A stretch of DNA of 64,000 bases from assembly GCA_963762565.1 (NCBI GenBank), contig CAVXLD010000001.1, forward strand, positions 1,248,001 through 1,312,000, read 5' to 3'. The stretch is from an uncultured Verrucomicrobiae bacterium (lineage in GTDB: Bacteria > Verrucomicrobiota > Verrucomicrobiia > Chthoniobacterales > JAFAMB01). Shown here piece by piece: positions 21,375 to 31,066 of this stretch. A model generated the notes under the pieces. That model ran no database searches, was not told the DNA's origin, and worked only from the letters and a program-made list of their open reading frames with translations. The position numbers and the translations under genes were made by a program. Each line of letters starts with the position of its first letter. Position 1 is the stretch's first letter.

Positions 21375-24266
21375 CTAATCACCTTTCCCGTCCCCAACCT
21401 CGAGCACGCAACGGAAGCCGTAGGTCACATCGCGGTCTTGGGGTGAGACTACATCGCGATACGAGCTAAGCAGAAGCCGGACACCGTAGGTGGTCCAAGA
21501 TCCACCGCGCAAGACGCCCCAGCTGGAAAAAGTTCCCGAGCCACCATAGGGGTCGGAGCACCACTGCCAAACATTGCCGGCCATATCGTACAGACCAAAA
21601 CTAGTCGGCGCGTAGCTGCCGACCGGAGATGTCTGAGGGAATCGTCTTTTTACCTGTTTCGATTCACTCGGATTACCGAAATTTCCCGCGTCCGGCGGTG
21701 GAGGCCAAATCTCGCCCCAAGGATAATGCTTCTGATCCTTCGAATCCCGTGCCGCCGGAGATTGTCCCTGTTCATCCGGCAACCCTGCTAGCCGGCTCCA
21801 ATCGCGATCCGTGGGTAACCGATATTTTGTTTTCGGACCGATCAATCCTTGGCGTCTTTCCTCGTCCGTTAGCCAGCTGCAAAAAGCTTCCGCATCGGGC
21901 CGGTTGATCAGGACAGCCGGGTGATCGGCGGTTTGCTCAAAATCCGGAACAACCATTCCTCTGTCCGTCGCCCGGCAGAAAGCCCTGAAATCAGAGACTC
22001 GTGTATCCCAGATGGATGCCAGGATATCTCCCACCGGAACGAACTTCATCCCTAGTGAATTAGTCCAGCTTGTCTTTCCGTCTGGCCAATTCGAAGGCTG
22101 TAGCTTGATCAGTGGAAGATCGAGATTTTGTCTTGCGTCTAGGCTCGTCTCGACTAGTCCGGTACGATAACCCGCCAGCCGTACCTCAATTTTCAGGGGG
22201 CCAGGAGTGACATTTTCTAAGACTAGTGGTGTGCGCCCCATTTCCTTACCATTGAGCGTTACCTCGGCTCCGGCCGGATCGGAACGCAGCGTCACCACGC
22301 CAAACGCGGGCGTTTGCAACACACAACGGAAACCGTAGCAATCAGTCCGGCTGTCCACGATGTCATCGATCCGGCGGGTCAGCCTTAAAAGCCCAGGATC
22401 AGCGTTAGCCCAGGAACCACCTCGTAGAACTCGGGTGTCGCCATTCCGAGAGAATTTGTCCATGCACCACTGCCAGACATTCCCGCTGACGTCGTAGATC
22501 CCGAAAGCATTTGGTTTAAAAGAGGCAACCGGGGATGTGCGGGTAAACAGATCAGAGTAGCCCTGAATCCAATGCCAGTTCTGTGGCCAGTCAGCGCCTT
22601 TCATCTCTGCTCCCGCATAATTTCCCGCGCCGGCCGGAGGAGGCCAAGTTCTGCCCCACGGAAAAACCTCAGGTCCTTTGTTTGATCGCTCCTCCGGTGT
22701 TTCACCCTCTTCATGATCGAGGCCGGCAGCCTGGCTCCATTCAATGTCGGTGGGCAAACGATAATACTGGCCTTCTTGCAAAAGCCCCGTGCTCTGTTCC
22801 TTTTGGGTGAGCCAAGAACAGAACTCCATGGCGTCTTTCCAGCTAACGCCGACCACTGCATAATCGTCTGTCTGGGTAAAGCCGGGGTCATCCCAGGTTT
22901 TACCATGTTGCCCTTGTTCACCGTTCAAGACGCTTTCCATCGGGCCGGTGGGTTGATAGCCGGTTTCTCGGACGAATTGCGCGAAGTCGCGAACCCGCGT
23001 ATCCCAGATAGCGACCAACAAGCCGCCCACGGGAACGAATTTCATCCCGATAGTATTGGTCCAGCTCTGGCCACCGACCGGCGCCTTGGCGATCTGCAGA
23101 TCGGCTTGCAGCGTTAGGGCTTGTCCGCTCTCAACTGTACCCGTTACATCTGCGTAAAGGTAACGAGCGAATCGCAGCTGATAATGAACGTCGCCGGCAG
23201 GAACGGTGTTAAGATTCAGCGGTGTAAGTCCAAGCTCATGCTCGCCGTCCCAGACCTGTGCACCCGAAGGGCCGCTCTCGATTCTAACCGAACCGGTTGC
23301 TGGAATTGATACCGGTGTAGCTGACCTCGCCGGGGTCGGGCTCGTCTGCGCTTCCTTAGGGGCCGTGCCAAACCAATGGGAGGCCGATCCGACAACGGCA
23401 ACGGCGCCAAGGATCAAGACGAGGCCGGCGATCGTAGCCCGCAAAAGCCAACGGCGTTTTGGCCGCTTGGAAACTGGCTCCGCCTCGACTGCACCCAATG
23501 CCTTCTGCAGCTCGCGGCCATTTTGAAAACGCTGCCTTGGGTCTCTCGCACAAGCCTTCAATAGGACTGAGTTAAGCTTCAGCAGGATCTCTTTGTCAGA
23601 TCGCTGAGGTAGATCGGTTGGGATCTCGGGAAACTCGAGCCTGTCTTTGCCGGTCGCGGCCTCATAGAGAACCTTGCCCAATGCATAAACGTCTGCGCTG
23701 CGGCTCCCTGGGCCCTCAGGCGGTACGTAACCTTCCGTTCCTACATAGGTTTTCCGCCCCGCGGCTGCCACTAATCCTACATCTGCCAGCTTTGGCGCTC
23801 CATTCACGAAGATCACGTTGGACGGCTTAATGTCGCGATGGGTCAGTCCTTCTTCATGGAGATAGCCAAGCGCCCCGCTAAGTGTTTTCCCCAGCTCCAG
23901 GCAAGCCTTAGGTGAAAGCCGCTTAAATCCACGAAGATCAGTTGCCAATGTACGTGGACTGTAGCTGGCTGGATCGATCTTTTGCCCTCTAGCAGAGTCA
24001 TCCGCTAGCTCCATTGTATAGAACAGGAAGCTGTCTCCGCGGCCTACATGATAGATGTTAACAAATCCCGGGTGATGGCGAGAGATCGGTTCAAACGCCC
24101 GTATCCCGTCGAATTCGCGGTAGGCGAGGTCTGGTTCCGGAAACACCACCTTGACCGCTCGGAATCCGCCCGTCAGCGTCTTAGCCAACCAAATTTCACC
24201 GTAAGCGCCTCGCCCAATGGAGCGAATCAGATCGTGATCCGGAATATCAGGTACGCGCAGGCTCAT
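21375..24266 (-). CDS. Membrane Ser/Thr kinase with two tandem PEGA + FGE-sulfatase (C-type lectin fold) modules
   Basis: IGRGAYG, HRDIKPSN, DVG, one TM helix; twice YRLPTD.xW, GNVWQWC, RGGSW, YGFRCVL. Confidence 0.9.
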   Translation of the reverse strand: MSLRVPDIPDHDLIRSIGRGAYGEIWLAKTLTGGFRAVKVVFPEPDLAYREFDGIRAFEPISRHHPGFVNIYHVGRGDSFLFYTMELADDSARGQKIDPASYSPRTLATDLRGFKRLSPKACLELGKTLSGALGYLHEEGLTHRDIKPSNVIFVNGAPKLADVGLVAAAGRKTYVGTEGYVPPEGPGSRSADVYALGKVLYEAATGKDRLEFPEIPTDLPQRSDKEILLKLNSVLLKACARDPRQRFQNGRELQKALGAVEAEPVSKRPKRRWLLRATIAGLVLILGAVAVVGSASHWFGTAPKEAQTSPTPARSATPVSIPATGSVRIESGPSGAQVWDGEHELGLTPLNLNTVPAGDVHYQLRFARYLYADVTGTVESGQALTLQADLQIAKAPVGGQSWTNTIGMKFVPVGGLLVAIWDTRVRDFAQFVRETGYQPTGPMESVLNGEQGQHGKTWDDPGFTQTDDYAVVGVSWKDAMEFCSWLTQKEQSTGLLQEGQYYRLPTDIEWSQAAGLDHEEGETPEERSNKGPEVFPWGRTWPPPAGAGNYAGAEMKGADWPQNWHWIQGYSDLFTRTSPVASFKPNAFGIYDVSGNVWQWCMDKFSRNGDTRVLRGGSWANADPGLLRLTRRIDDIVDSRTDCYGFRCVLQTPAFGVVTLRSDPAGAEVTLNGKEMGRTPLVLENVTPGPLKIEVRLAGYRTGLVETSLDARQNLDLPLIKLQPSNWPDGKTSWTNSLGMKFVPVGDILASIWDTRVSDFRAFCRATDRGMVVPDFEQTADHPAVLINRPDAEAFCSWLTDEERRQGLIGPKTKYRLPTDRDWSRLAGLPDEQGQSPAARDSKDQKHYPWGEIWPPPPDAGNFGNPSESKQVKRRFPQTSPVGSYAPTSFGLYDMAGNVWQWCSDPYGGSGTFSSWGVLRGGSWTTYGVRLLLSSYRDVVSPQDRDVTYGFRCVLEVGDGKGD

Positions 24267-24843
24267 GCTCCCCTTTTTCGACGCGGGCCATGATCTCCTT
24301 CAGAATCGGTAAAAGCCGATTTTTTGCGAGATAAACCGAGCCGACACTGACCCGGAGTTCCTTGGCGACTTTCTGAGCAGGCCATCCTTTAATTACATAG
24401 CATTCGAAGACCTGGAATTGGGAGAGACTAGCCTTTTGTTTCAGGCGTTCCAGCGAAGCAGTTAACAGATGGTTTTCCCATTCCGCGTTCCAAGCTTCGG
24501 TGAACCAAGGTTGTTCTATTGATGCCGCCTCGACGGCAATGGCTTCCCTTGATCGCCGTTTACGGAATTGGTCTGCGATTCTCCATCTGGCTAATGTGAG
24601 CAACCAGCCCCGGAAGCTCCCAATATTGGGATCGTATCGCAATTCCGGGATTCGGCGAACGACAGAAATAACAGTTTCCTGGACGGCTTCCTCCGCTTCA
24701 TACTGATCTAACCCGGCTTTCCTGGCGACGGAGTAGATTAACCTCCAATAGGTCTCAAAAAATTCCTGCCAAGTCCGGTGATCCTCTAAGTTGCCGAGAC
24801 GTTGAACTAGACTGCGTCGGGTAGCGAGGAAAGCTTCCTCCAT
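24247..24843 (-). CDS. ECF sigma factor (kinase-associated type)
   Basis: TRRSLVQRL...WQEFFETYWRLIY...AEEAVQET...GSFRGWL, C-terminal HTH; overlaps the kinase start. Confidence 0.92.
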   Translation of the reverse strand: MEEAFLATRRSLVQRLGNLEDHRTWQEFFETYWRLIYSVARKAGLDQYEAEEAVQETVISVVRRIPELRYDPNIGSFRGWLLTLARWRIADQFRKRRSREAIAVEAASIEQPWFTEAWNAEWENHLLTASLERLKQKASLSQFQVFECYVIKGWPAQKVAKELRVSVGSVYLAKNRLLPILKEIMARVEKGEHEPART

Positions 24844-24863
24844 AAAAGGTGTGCCGTTATCCT

Positions 24864-24880
24864 AGCGGATGCCGTGCCAG
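24864..24880 (-). promoter_or_regulatory. Candidate sigma-54 (-24/-12) promoter for the ECF-kinase operon
   Basis: Minus strand CTGGCACGGCATCCGCT = GG-N10-GC, about 20 nt upstream of the ATG. Confidence 0.45.
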
Positions 24881-24910
24881 AGGCGAGACGATTCGGTTGG
24901 GGGGCGGAAG

Positions 24911-25016
24911 AGTAGACGTAGTGGACACAGTAGACGTAGTGGATCTCCCCAACGCGCGGGAGCACCGAAAGCGTCGACTTTGTCCACTCAGTCTACTACG
25001 TCTACTAAGTCCACTT
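24911..25016. repeat. Inverted pair of 9-mer tandem arrays
   Basis: agtagacgt agtggacac agtagacgt agtgga ... gtccactca gtctactac gtctactaa gtccact. Confidence 0.8.
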
Positions 25017-25043
25017 TCTAACGTGCATTCCCTACCGGTTCAC

Positions 25044-25087
25044 TTTTTTTGAAAGAAAGCCCGGAACTTCGACGTACTACCTAGTGA
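25044..25087 (+). promoter_or_regulatory. Bipartite motif T7-GAAA-N19-GTAYTACCTMGTGA, copy 1
   Basis: Second copy with the same spacing at 33531-33574. Confidence 0.5.
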
Positions 25088-25099
25088 AACATCATTACT

Positions 25100-28000
25100 A
25101 TGCCATCCGCTCCGGGCCGATTCCTGAAGTCTATCCAGACTTTTTTTCAAACCATCCTACGCTTCATCTTTGGCGACATACAATGGCGTCCGCCGATTTG
25201 GTTGCGACCAATCGGTCGGTTTATTGTTGGCCATCGCATTCTTTCTTCATTGGCCGCCCTCGGCCTCGTTATCTGCGCCTGTGCCGTCTATTTCGTCCAA
25301 CATCTGCCCCAACCTCAATTTAGTAGCTTTACGGTTACTCCTCCCGAGATCACTCCTCTGGAGAAGGACCTGAAGCCAAACCCGGCTACTATCGTCTTTC
25401 GAGACTCAGCAGCGCCTCTTGGGAAAATCGACGCCACGGTCAACCTGCAAATGACGCCCCGTTTAGCGGGTGAATGGAAATGGAAGAACGACCGGACACT
25501 CGTTTTCTCGCCCTCGGAGGACTGGCCGCCTAATACCCATTATCGGGTGACTCTGCCGGAATCAGAACTAGCCAACACTATCCGGCTGAAGAGCAACGTA
25601 GCCGAATTCGTAACTCAACCGCTCGAGGTGAGGTTCAAAGATCCGCAATTTTACCAAGATCCGGTTGATGCAGATAAAAGACAGGTAATCGCGACGATTG
25701 AGACCAATTTCCCTGTCGACGTTGACTCGCTCCGCAAGCAGGTCAGTTGCCAGGTACTCGGTGGCACCAACTTGTTTGGAGACAAGCAGCCGTTCGAAAT
25801 TGTGGCTGACCTGCACCAGCGGCGATTCTTTCTCCGGACAGCTAACGTAATCTTACCGGACCAGGAAGACTTTGTTCTGATGGCCATCAAGGAGGGCTTG
25901 GTTAGCACATCGGGCACCTCGCGGACGGCGAAAGACGAAGTAACCAAAGTACGTGTACCCGATCGTTACAGCTTTTTCTCGGTCCAAAGCGTTGAGTCAT
26001 CGACAGCGCGCCGGGATAATGGCGATATCGCACAGCTGATAGTGGTTTCCACCAGCACCAACACCAAACCCACTGATATTGCTTCCGCGATTCAGGTCTG
26101 GCTGCTTCCTAATAAGAAAAACGTAGACGAAGGGAACAATAACGCCTCGGACGATAGCGACTCCCAAGCCAGCGATGACGAAAATAAAAACAGCGACGCC
26201 AAAGACAACACCTCTAAAGATAGCGATAGCAAAGACAGCGACTCGAATACGACCGAATCTAACAACGACAGCACGAACGATAACGACGACGACAACAGTA
26301 GCGCCGGATCTTGGAAAAGCCCGGGTGAAATCACCGATGAAGTCCTAAAGACGGCGCAAAAGTTATCCGTTACGTTGGAACCAGAGAAAGAGAAGTTCTC
26401 GCAGGAGCATCTGTTCCGCTACGTCTTACCCAAGGGTGGACAGCTATTTGTTAAGATTCCGAAGAACACGCCGGCAGTGGGCGGTTATCTGCTTGCGTCC
26501 GATTATTGCGCCATCGTCGATATCGATCCGTTGCCGCGCGAAATCCAAATCCAAGGAAAAGGTGGAATACTGGCGCTAGGCGGAGAAAGGACCCTCTCTA
26601 TTGTCACCCGTGGGGTGCAGGACCTTGAGTTCGAGATTGCCAAGGTCTTGCCTGGCCAACTTAACCATTTGGTCACGCAAACGTCCGGTTCGTTCAACAA
26701 ACTGGAGTTCCTCGGCGATAATTTCGATGAGAACAACATCAGCGTAATCAACCGGCCTCGTTTGCAGATCGCAGATGATGGTGACGGGACTGCCAAATAT
26801 AGCTCGCTAGTCCTGGATCCTTATTTAACCGCAAACGGAAAGATTCAGTATGGGCTTTTTTTCATCCAGCCTAAGGCGATCGACCCGCATAGCCACAAGA
26901 AGCTGAAAGCACGCGCGGAAACGCGTTTCGTTCTGGTAACCGATCTCGGCATTCTGGTGAAGCAAAACAAGGATCACAGCCGCGAGATTTTCGTGGTCTC
27001 GCTTAAGGACCAGACTCCGGTCCCGGATGCGCATGTATCCCTGTTAGGAAAAAACGGTTTGGCCGTGTTCGACGGCGTGACCGACGCGAATGGGCATATC
27101 CATTCGCCAGCGTTGGCGGAGACGGAGAAAGAGCGTGAGCCTGCGGCCATCGTCGCCCAATTAGGAAATGATCTTTCGTTCATGCCGTACGAACGCGACG
27201 ATAACCTGGTTGATTTTTCGTCTTTCGAGATCGACGGCGAGATCTCACCGTCCGCGGACACGGTAGAAGCGTTCCCGTTTACTGAGCGCGGAGTCTACCG
27301 GCCAGGTGAAACGGTTCATGTCGGGTTGATTGTTCGGTCCCAGCATAGCGCCGAGATCCCGTTGGTAGTAGATCTGGACGATGTCAGCGGTAACTCGGTC
27401 GGTTCGCAGGTTCTGAAAACGCAGGGATTGGCCGAAACCAGTTTCGAGCTGCCGGCTGACGCGGGTACCGGCGAGTATCATCTAACTGTTCACTTACAAA
27501 ACAAAGACCAAACCCAAATCGCCGAAGAATATTTTCACGTAGAAGATTTTCAGCCTGATCGGATGAAATTGACGGCATCGGCTGCAGCCGGCGAAAACGT
27601 GGCCTGGGTGACGCCCGAACAACTCGTCATTAATGCTCATCTGGAGAACTTGTTTGGTACGCCCGCGGTGGGGAACCGCATTGCTGCTACCCAGAAAGTC
27701 AGCGTCGGCCAGTTCGAATTGTCAAAGTGGAAAGACTTTTCCTTCTTTAACCCGACACTCTATCCGAGTAAGCATCCGAACTACGACGAACAGGAGAACC
27801 TGGAAGACCAAAACGCTGATGCGCAAGGGAACGCCACACTGAAGGCGGATCTCAGCAAATACGCCAACGCCTGCTACCGAGTGGATTTTGATGTGGAAGG
27901 GTTTGAAAGCAACGGAGGCCGAAGTGTCCACAAGGAAGTCCAAGCGATTGTGTCCGATCGGGATTTTGTGGTCGGCTACCGGACTGCATCACCGTTAGAT

Positions 28001-30916
28001 TTCCTGCCGTTCAACCAACCTGCTTCGATTGAATTGTTGGCAGTTGACCGGTCTCAGGTCCCAATTGGATTGAGCGACTGCCGGTTTCAACTAATCGAGC
28101 TAGTGAACGAGCCAGTCCTGACCAAACAGGATAATGGCACCTTTAAATACGAGACGGTCAGCCAAGAGAAAACAGTACAGGACCAGGCGTTCGCTCTGGA
28201 GAACAAGGCGACGAGCTTTTCAGTGCCGACCAACGAGGCCGGGAAATTCCGGTTGCAGCTCCTCGACCAGGATGGGACGCCCATCTTCAGCCTCGACTAT
28301 ACCGTGGTGGGCGCCAACCAGCGGAACCCAGCCTTAGGCGAAAAAACCGATCTCAATCTGAAGCTAAGCAAGCAGACGGTTGTTCCGGGCGAAAATCTGC
28401 AAGTCAGTCTGCAAGCACCGTATGATGGCTATGGCCTCATCGCCATCGAGCGAGAAAAGACATACGCATGGAAATGGTTTCGGGCGTCGCGAGGCATGTC
28501 TGTGCAACAGATCCAGATCCCAGCGGATTTCAGCGGCTATGGCTACATAAACGTTAGCTTCGTGCGCAGCCTAACCGCGCCGGAAGTTTATGCATCGCCG
28601 TTCAGTTATGCTGCTGTCCCCTTCCGCTGCATACCTCCTCAGCGGGAGATCAAGCTCGCGCTTGACGTTCCCAAGCGATCGAAACCGGGTGACAAGTTGC
28701 CAATCAAGATCCGGGCGGATCGTAATTGTAAGCTCGTCGTATTTGCAGTTGATACCGGCATTCTGCAGGTCAGTGACTATGAAACGCCTGACCCGCTGGC
28801 CTGGCAGTTCCGTAAGCGGCAATTGGAGGTCCAGACCTACGACATCGTGGAGTCACTTTTACCGGAGTACTCGAAGCTAAAACAGGTAGCAGCTTCAGGA
28901 GGCGGCGACGAACACGTTGAAAAGAATCTAAACCCGTTCTCTCGAGTGGCGGAAAAGCCCGTCGTATTCTGGTCCGGGGTTATCTCAGCCGGAACTCAGC
29001 CGCTCGATATCAACTATGTTGTGCCGGAGTTCTTCGATGGAAGCGTTAGAATAATGGCAGTGGCCGAATCAGCCGAAGGTGAAGGTTCAGCCCAATGCGA
29101 GAGCGCAATTCACGGTCCAATTATTATCACACCGCAAGCCCCAGTATTCTCGGCGCCGGGGGACCAGTTCTTGACTTCCGCGACTCTGACGAATGCGACC
29201 GACGATGAATTAAGCACGAATGTCCACATCGAGTGCGAAGGCGGAGTGAGCGCCGTTGGCCAGCCGCAACAGACCATTACTTTGCAACCTGGAGCCAGCC
29301 AGACGCTCCGTTGGCAAATTCGGACTACTGATACCTTGGGCAATGCCGTCATCCGGTTCATGGCAACGGCTCCTACTGAGTTAGTGCATCGCCAACGCAC
29401 TTTAAGCGTTCGCCCGGCAGCGCCCTTCCTGACTCTGATCGAAAGCGGAAAATTAGCGAATGGAGGCAAGGAAGTACCGTTAACTCAGGAATTTTATCCT
29501 CAATTCGAGTCCCGTACGGCCATCGGATCTAATACGCCAGTGCTTTTCGTTAACGGGTTGCATCAATTCTTGGAAACGTATCCGTACGATTGTTCCGAAC
29601 AATTGACCAGCAAGGAGCTAGCTAATCTAGCCCTGATCTCGATTCCAGGATCAGGCCTGACCAAGACTCAGTTAGCGAGCAAGCTACAGAGTTATTTCAA
29701 AATCATCCGGGAGCGCCAAGGATCAAATGGAGCGATCGGCTACTGGATCGCCGACGACACCAAAGAACTGGATCCGCTTTCCGTCTACGTTTTGGAATTC
29801 ATTACGGATGCCAAACTAGCCGGGTTTGCCGTGCCCGCCGATATCGACAAGGCCGGCGTCAACTATCTAAAGAAGGTAGCTAGCGCTAACCCGTCCGACC
29901 TAGAGCAAGCAGAGGTGGTAGCAAAGGCAATTTACCTGCTGACCCGGCGAGAACAGCTAATGACTAACGAACTTCTTAGCTTACGGGATACGCTCGACCG
30001 ACAATTCCCGGATCAGTGGAAGGAGTCGATCACCGGGGTCTACGTGGCGGCCTCGGCAGAGCTTTTGCTGAAGGAACGGGAAGCGAACGATTGGATCAGT
30101 CACTATCGTTTAACCGGCCAACTTAACTCGTCCGGCCTCTGGTCCAGCTTGAGCGACTATGCCCAGTATTTGACGATCCTTGCCCGGCACTTCCCGCAAC
30201 GGTTCCGATCGTTGGGCCGTGATCAGGTCGAACAAATTCTGAAACCGATCTGGGCGGCCGACTACAATACGCTGTCAGCGGCTGAATGTTTGCAGGCGCT
30301 GGTTGCTGGACAGAATTTGGTCGAGCTAAACAAAAACAACCTTCGAATCAGCCAATGGAATGGCAACTGGCAACCGTTGGTTACAAACGCGCTCGGTTTG
30401 GTGACTCTGGGCAACGATGTGACCAAGGTAAAATTCGACGGAAACCAGAACGGCGCGGGGTATTTCCAGGTAGTCCAGAGCGGGTTTCCGAAGAATGTGA
30501 AGCCATTCGCTAGAGGGCTCGAGCTCAGGCGCGATTTCTTAGATGCCAAAAATGAACCGATCTCAAGTGTGAGTCTGGGAGATCAAATCAAAGTCCGGCT
30601 GCGGATCCGGTCCACAACCGGTACATCGGTTGACCACGTCGCGATCTCGGATCTGTTGCCCGCCGGATTTGAACCGGTTCGAGACGACAAGGGTGGAGTT
30701 GCCCTGGCTGCCGACGGTATCGAGCATTCCGATGTCCGAGAAGACCGGGTGTTGATCTATCTGACGGCCGGGACCCAAGACACAGAGATTACCTACGAGG
30801 CGAAAGCCACCGTGCCAGGTAATTTGATTGTGCCGCCGGTCGCAGCGCAAGCCATGTACGATCAGGCGGTCCAGGTAGCCGGCGAAACCGGCCGGATCGA
30901 GGTGAAACAGCCATGA
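25100..30916 (+). CDS. Bacterial alpha-2-macroglobulin (YfhM-like)
   Basis: TERGVYRPGETV, VEDFQPDRM, YPYDCSEQ thioester (CxEQ), DLLPAGFE, REDRV; followed by pbpC. Confidence 0.95.
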   Translation: MPSAPGRFLKSIQTFFQTILRFIFGDIQWRPPIWLRPIGRFIVGHRILSSLAALGLVICACAVYFVQHLPQPQFSSFTVTPPEITPLEKDLKPNPATIVFRDSAAPLGKIDATVNLQMTPRLAGEWKWKNDRTLVFSPSEDWPPNTHYRVTLPESELANTIRLKSNVAEFVTQPLEVRFKDPQFYQDPVDADKRQVIATIETNFPVDVDSLRKQVSCQVLGGTNLFGDKQPFEIVADLHQRRFFLRTANVILPDQEDFVLMAIKEGLVSTSGTSRTAKDEVTKVRVPDRYSFFSVQSVESSTARRDNGDIAQLIVVSTSTNTKPTDIASAIQVWLLPNKKNVDEGNNNASDDSDSQASDDENKNSDAKDNTSKDSDSKDSDSNTTESNNDSTNDNDDDNSSAGSWKSPGEITDEVLKTAQKLSVTLEPEKEKFSQEHLFRYVLPKGGQLFVKIPKNTPAVGGYLLASDYCAIVDIDPLPREIQIQGKGGILALGGERTLSIVTRGVQDLEFEIAKVLPGQLNHLVTQTSGSFNKLEFLGDNFDENNISVINRPRLQIADDGDGTAKYSSLVLDPYLTANGKIQYGLFFIQPKAIDPHSHKKLKARAETRFVLVTDLGILVKQNKDHSREIFVVSLKDQTPVPDAHVSLLGKNGLAVFDGVTDANGHIHSPALAETEKEREPAAIVAQLGNDLSFMPYERDDNLVDFSSFEIDGEISPSADTVEAFPFTERGVYRPGETVHVGLIVRSQHSAEIPLVVDLDDVSGNSVGSQVLKTQGLAETSFELPADAGTGEYHLTVHLQNKDQTQIAEEYFHVEDFQPDRMKLTASAAAGENVAWVTPEQLVINAHLENLFGTPAVGNRIAATQKVSVGQFELSKWKDFSFFNPTLYPSKHPNYDEQENLEDQNADAQGNATLKADLSKYANACYRVDFDVEGFESNGGRSVHKEVQAIVSDRDFVVGYRTASPLDFLPFNQPASIELLAVDRSQVPIGLSDCRFQLIELVNEPVLTKQDNGTFKYETVSQEKTVQDQAFALENKATSFSVPTNEAGKFRLQLLDQDGTPIFSLDYTVVGANQRNPALGEKTDLNLKLSKQTVVPGENLQVSLQAPYDGYGLIAIEREKTYAWKWFRASRGMSVQQIQIPADFSGYGYINVSFVRSLTAPEVYASPFSYAAVPFRCIPPQREIKLALDVPKRSKPGDKLPIKIRADRNCKLVVFAVDTGILQVSDYETPDPLAWQFRKRQLEVQTYDIVESLLPEYSKLKQVAASGGGDEHVEKNLNPFSRVAEKPVVFWSGVISAGTQPLDINYVVPEFFDGSVRIMAVAESAEGEGSAQCESAIHGPIIITPQAPVFSAPGDQFLTSATLTNATDDELSTNVHIECEGGVSAVGQPQQTITLQPGASQTLRWQIRTTDTLGNAVIRFMATAPTELVHRQRTLSVRPAAPFLTLIESGKLANGGKEVPLTQEFYPQFESRTAIGSNTPVLFVNGLHQFLETYPYDCSEQLTSKELANLALISIPGSGLTKTQLASKLQSYFKIIRERQGSNGAIGYWIADDTKELDPLSVYVLEFITDAKLAGFAVPADIDKAGVNYLKKVASANPSDLEQAEVVAKAIYLLTRREQLMTNELLSLRDTLDRQFPDQWKESITGVYVAASAELLLKEREANDWISHYRLTGQLNSSGLWSSLSDYAQYLTILARHFPQRFRSLGRDQVEQILKPIWAADYNTLSAAECLQALVAGQNLVELNKNNLRISQWNGNWQPLVTNALGLVTLGNDVTKVKFDGNQNGAGYFQVVQSGFPKNVKPFARGLELRRDFLDAKNEPISSVSLGDQIKVRLRIRSTTGTSVDHVAISDLLPAGFEPVRDDKGGVALAADGIEHSDVREDRVLIYLTAGTQDTEITYEAKATVPGNLIVPPVAAQAMYDQAVQVAGETGRIEVKQP

Positions 30917-30945
30917 GGTTGAGGACACGTGATATGGCCCGTCAA

Positions 30946-31066
30946 GGGAGGGCTCGCGTCCTCGCGCGCCGTGGGGCGTGGATAACACCTATCGGCGTAG
31001 ATGAACCCTAGACACGATAAACACGTCGCTCGGTTCACGACGGATCGCGGGGACGCGATCCCTCCC
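30946..31066. repeat. REP-like inverted pair, family C
   Basis: GGGAGGGCTCGCGTCCTCGCGCGCCG ... CGGATCGCGGGGACGCGATCCCTCCC. Confidence 0.7.

Noticed and set aside
21375..23060. Diversity-generating retroelement targeting the FGE domains
   Set aside because: No reverse transcriptase and no template repeat with adenine-specific differences in the window; the two modules are old diverged duplicates
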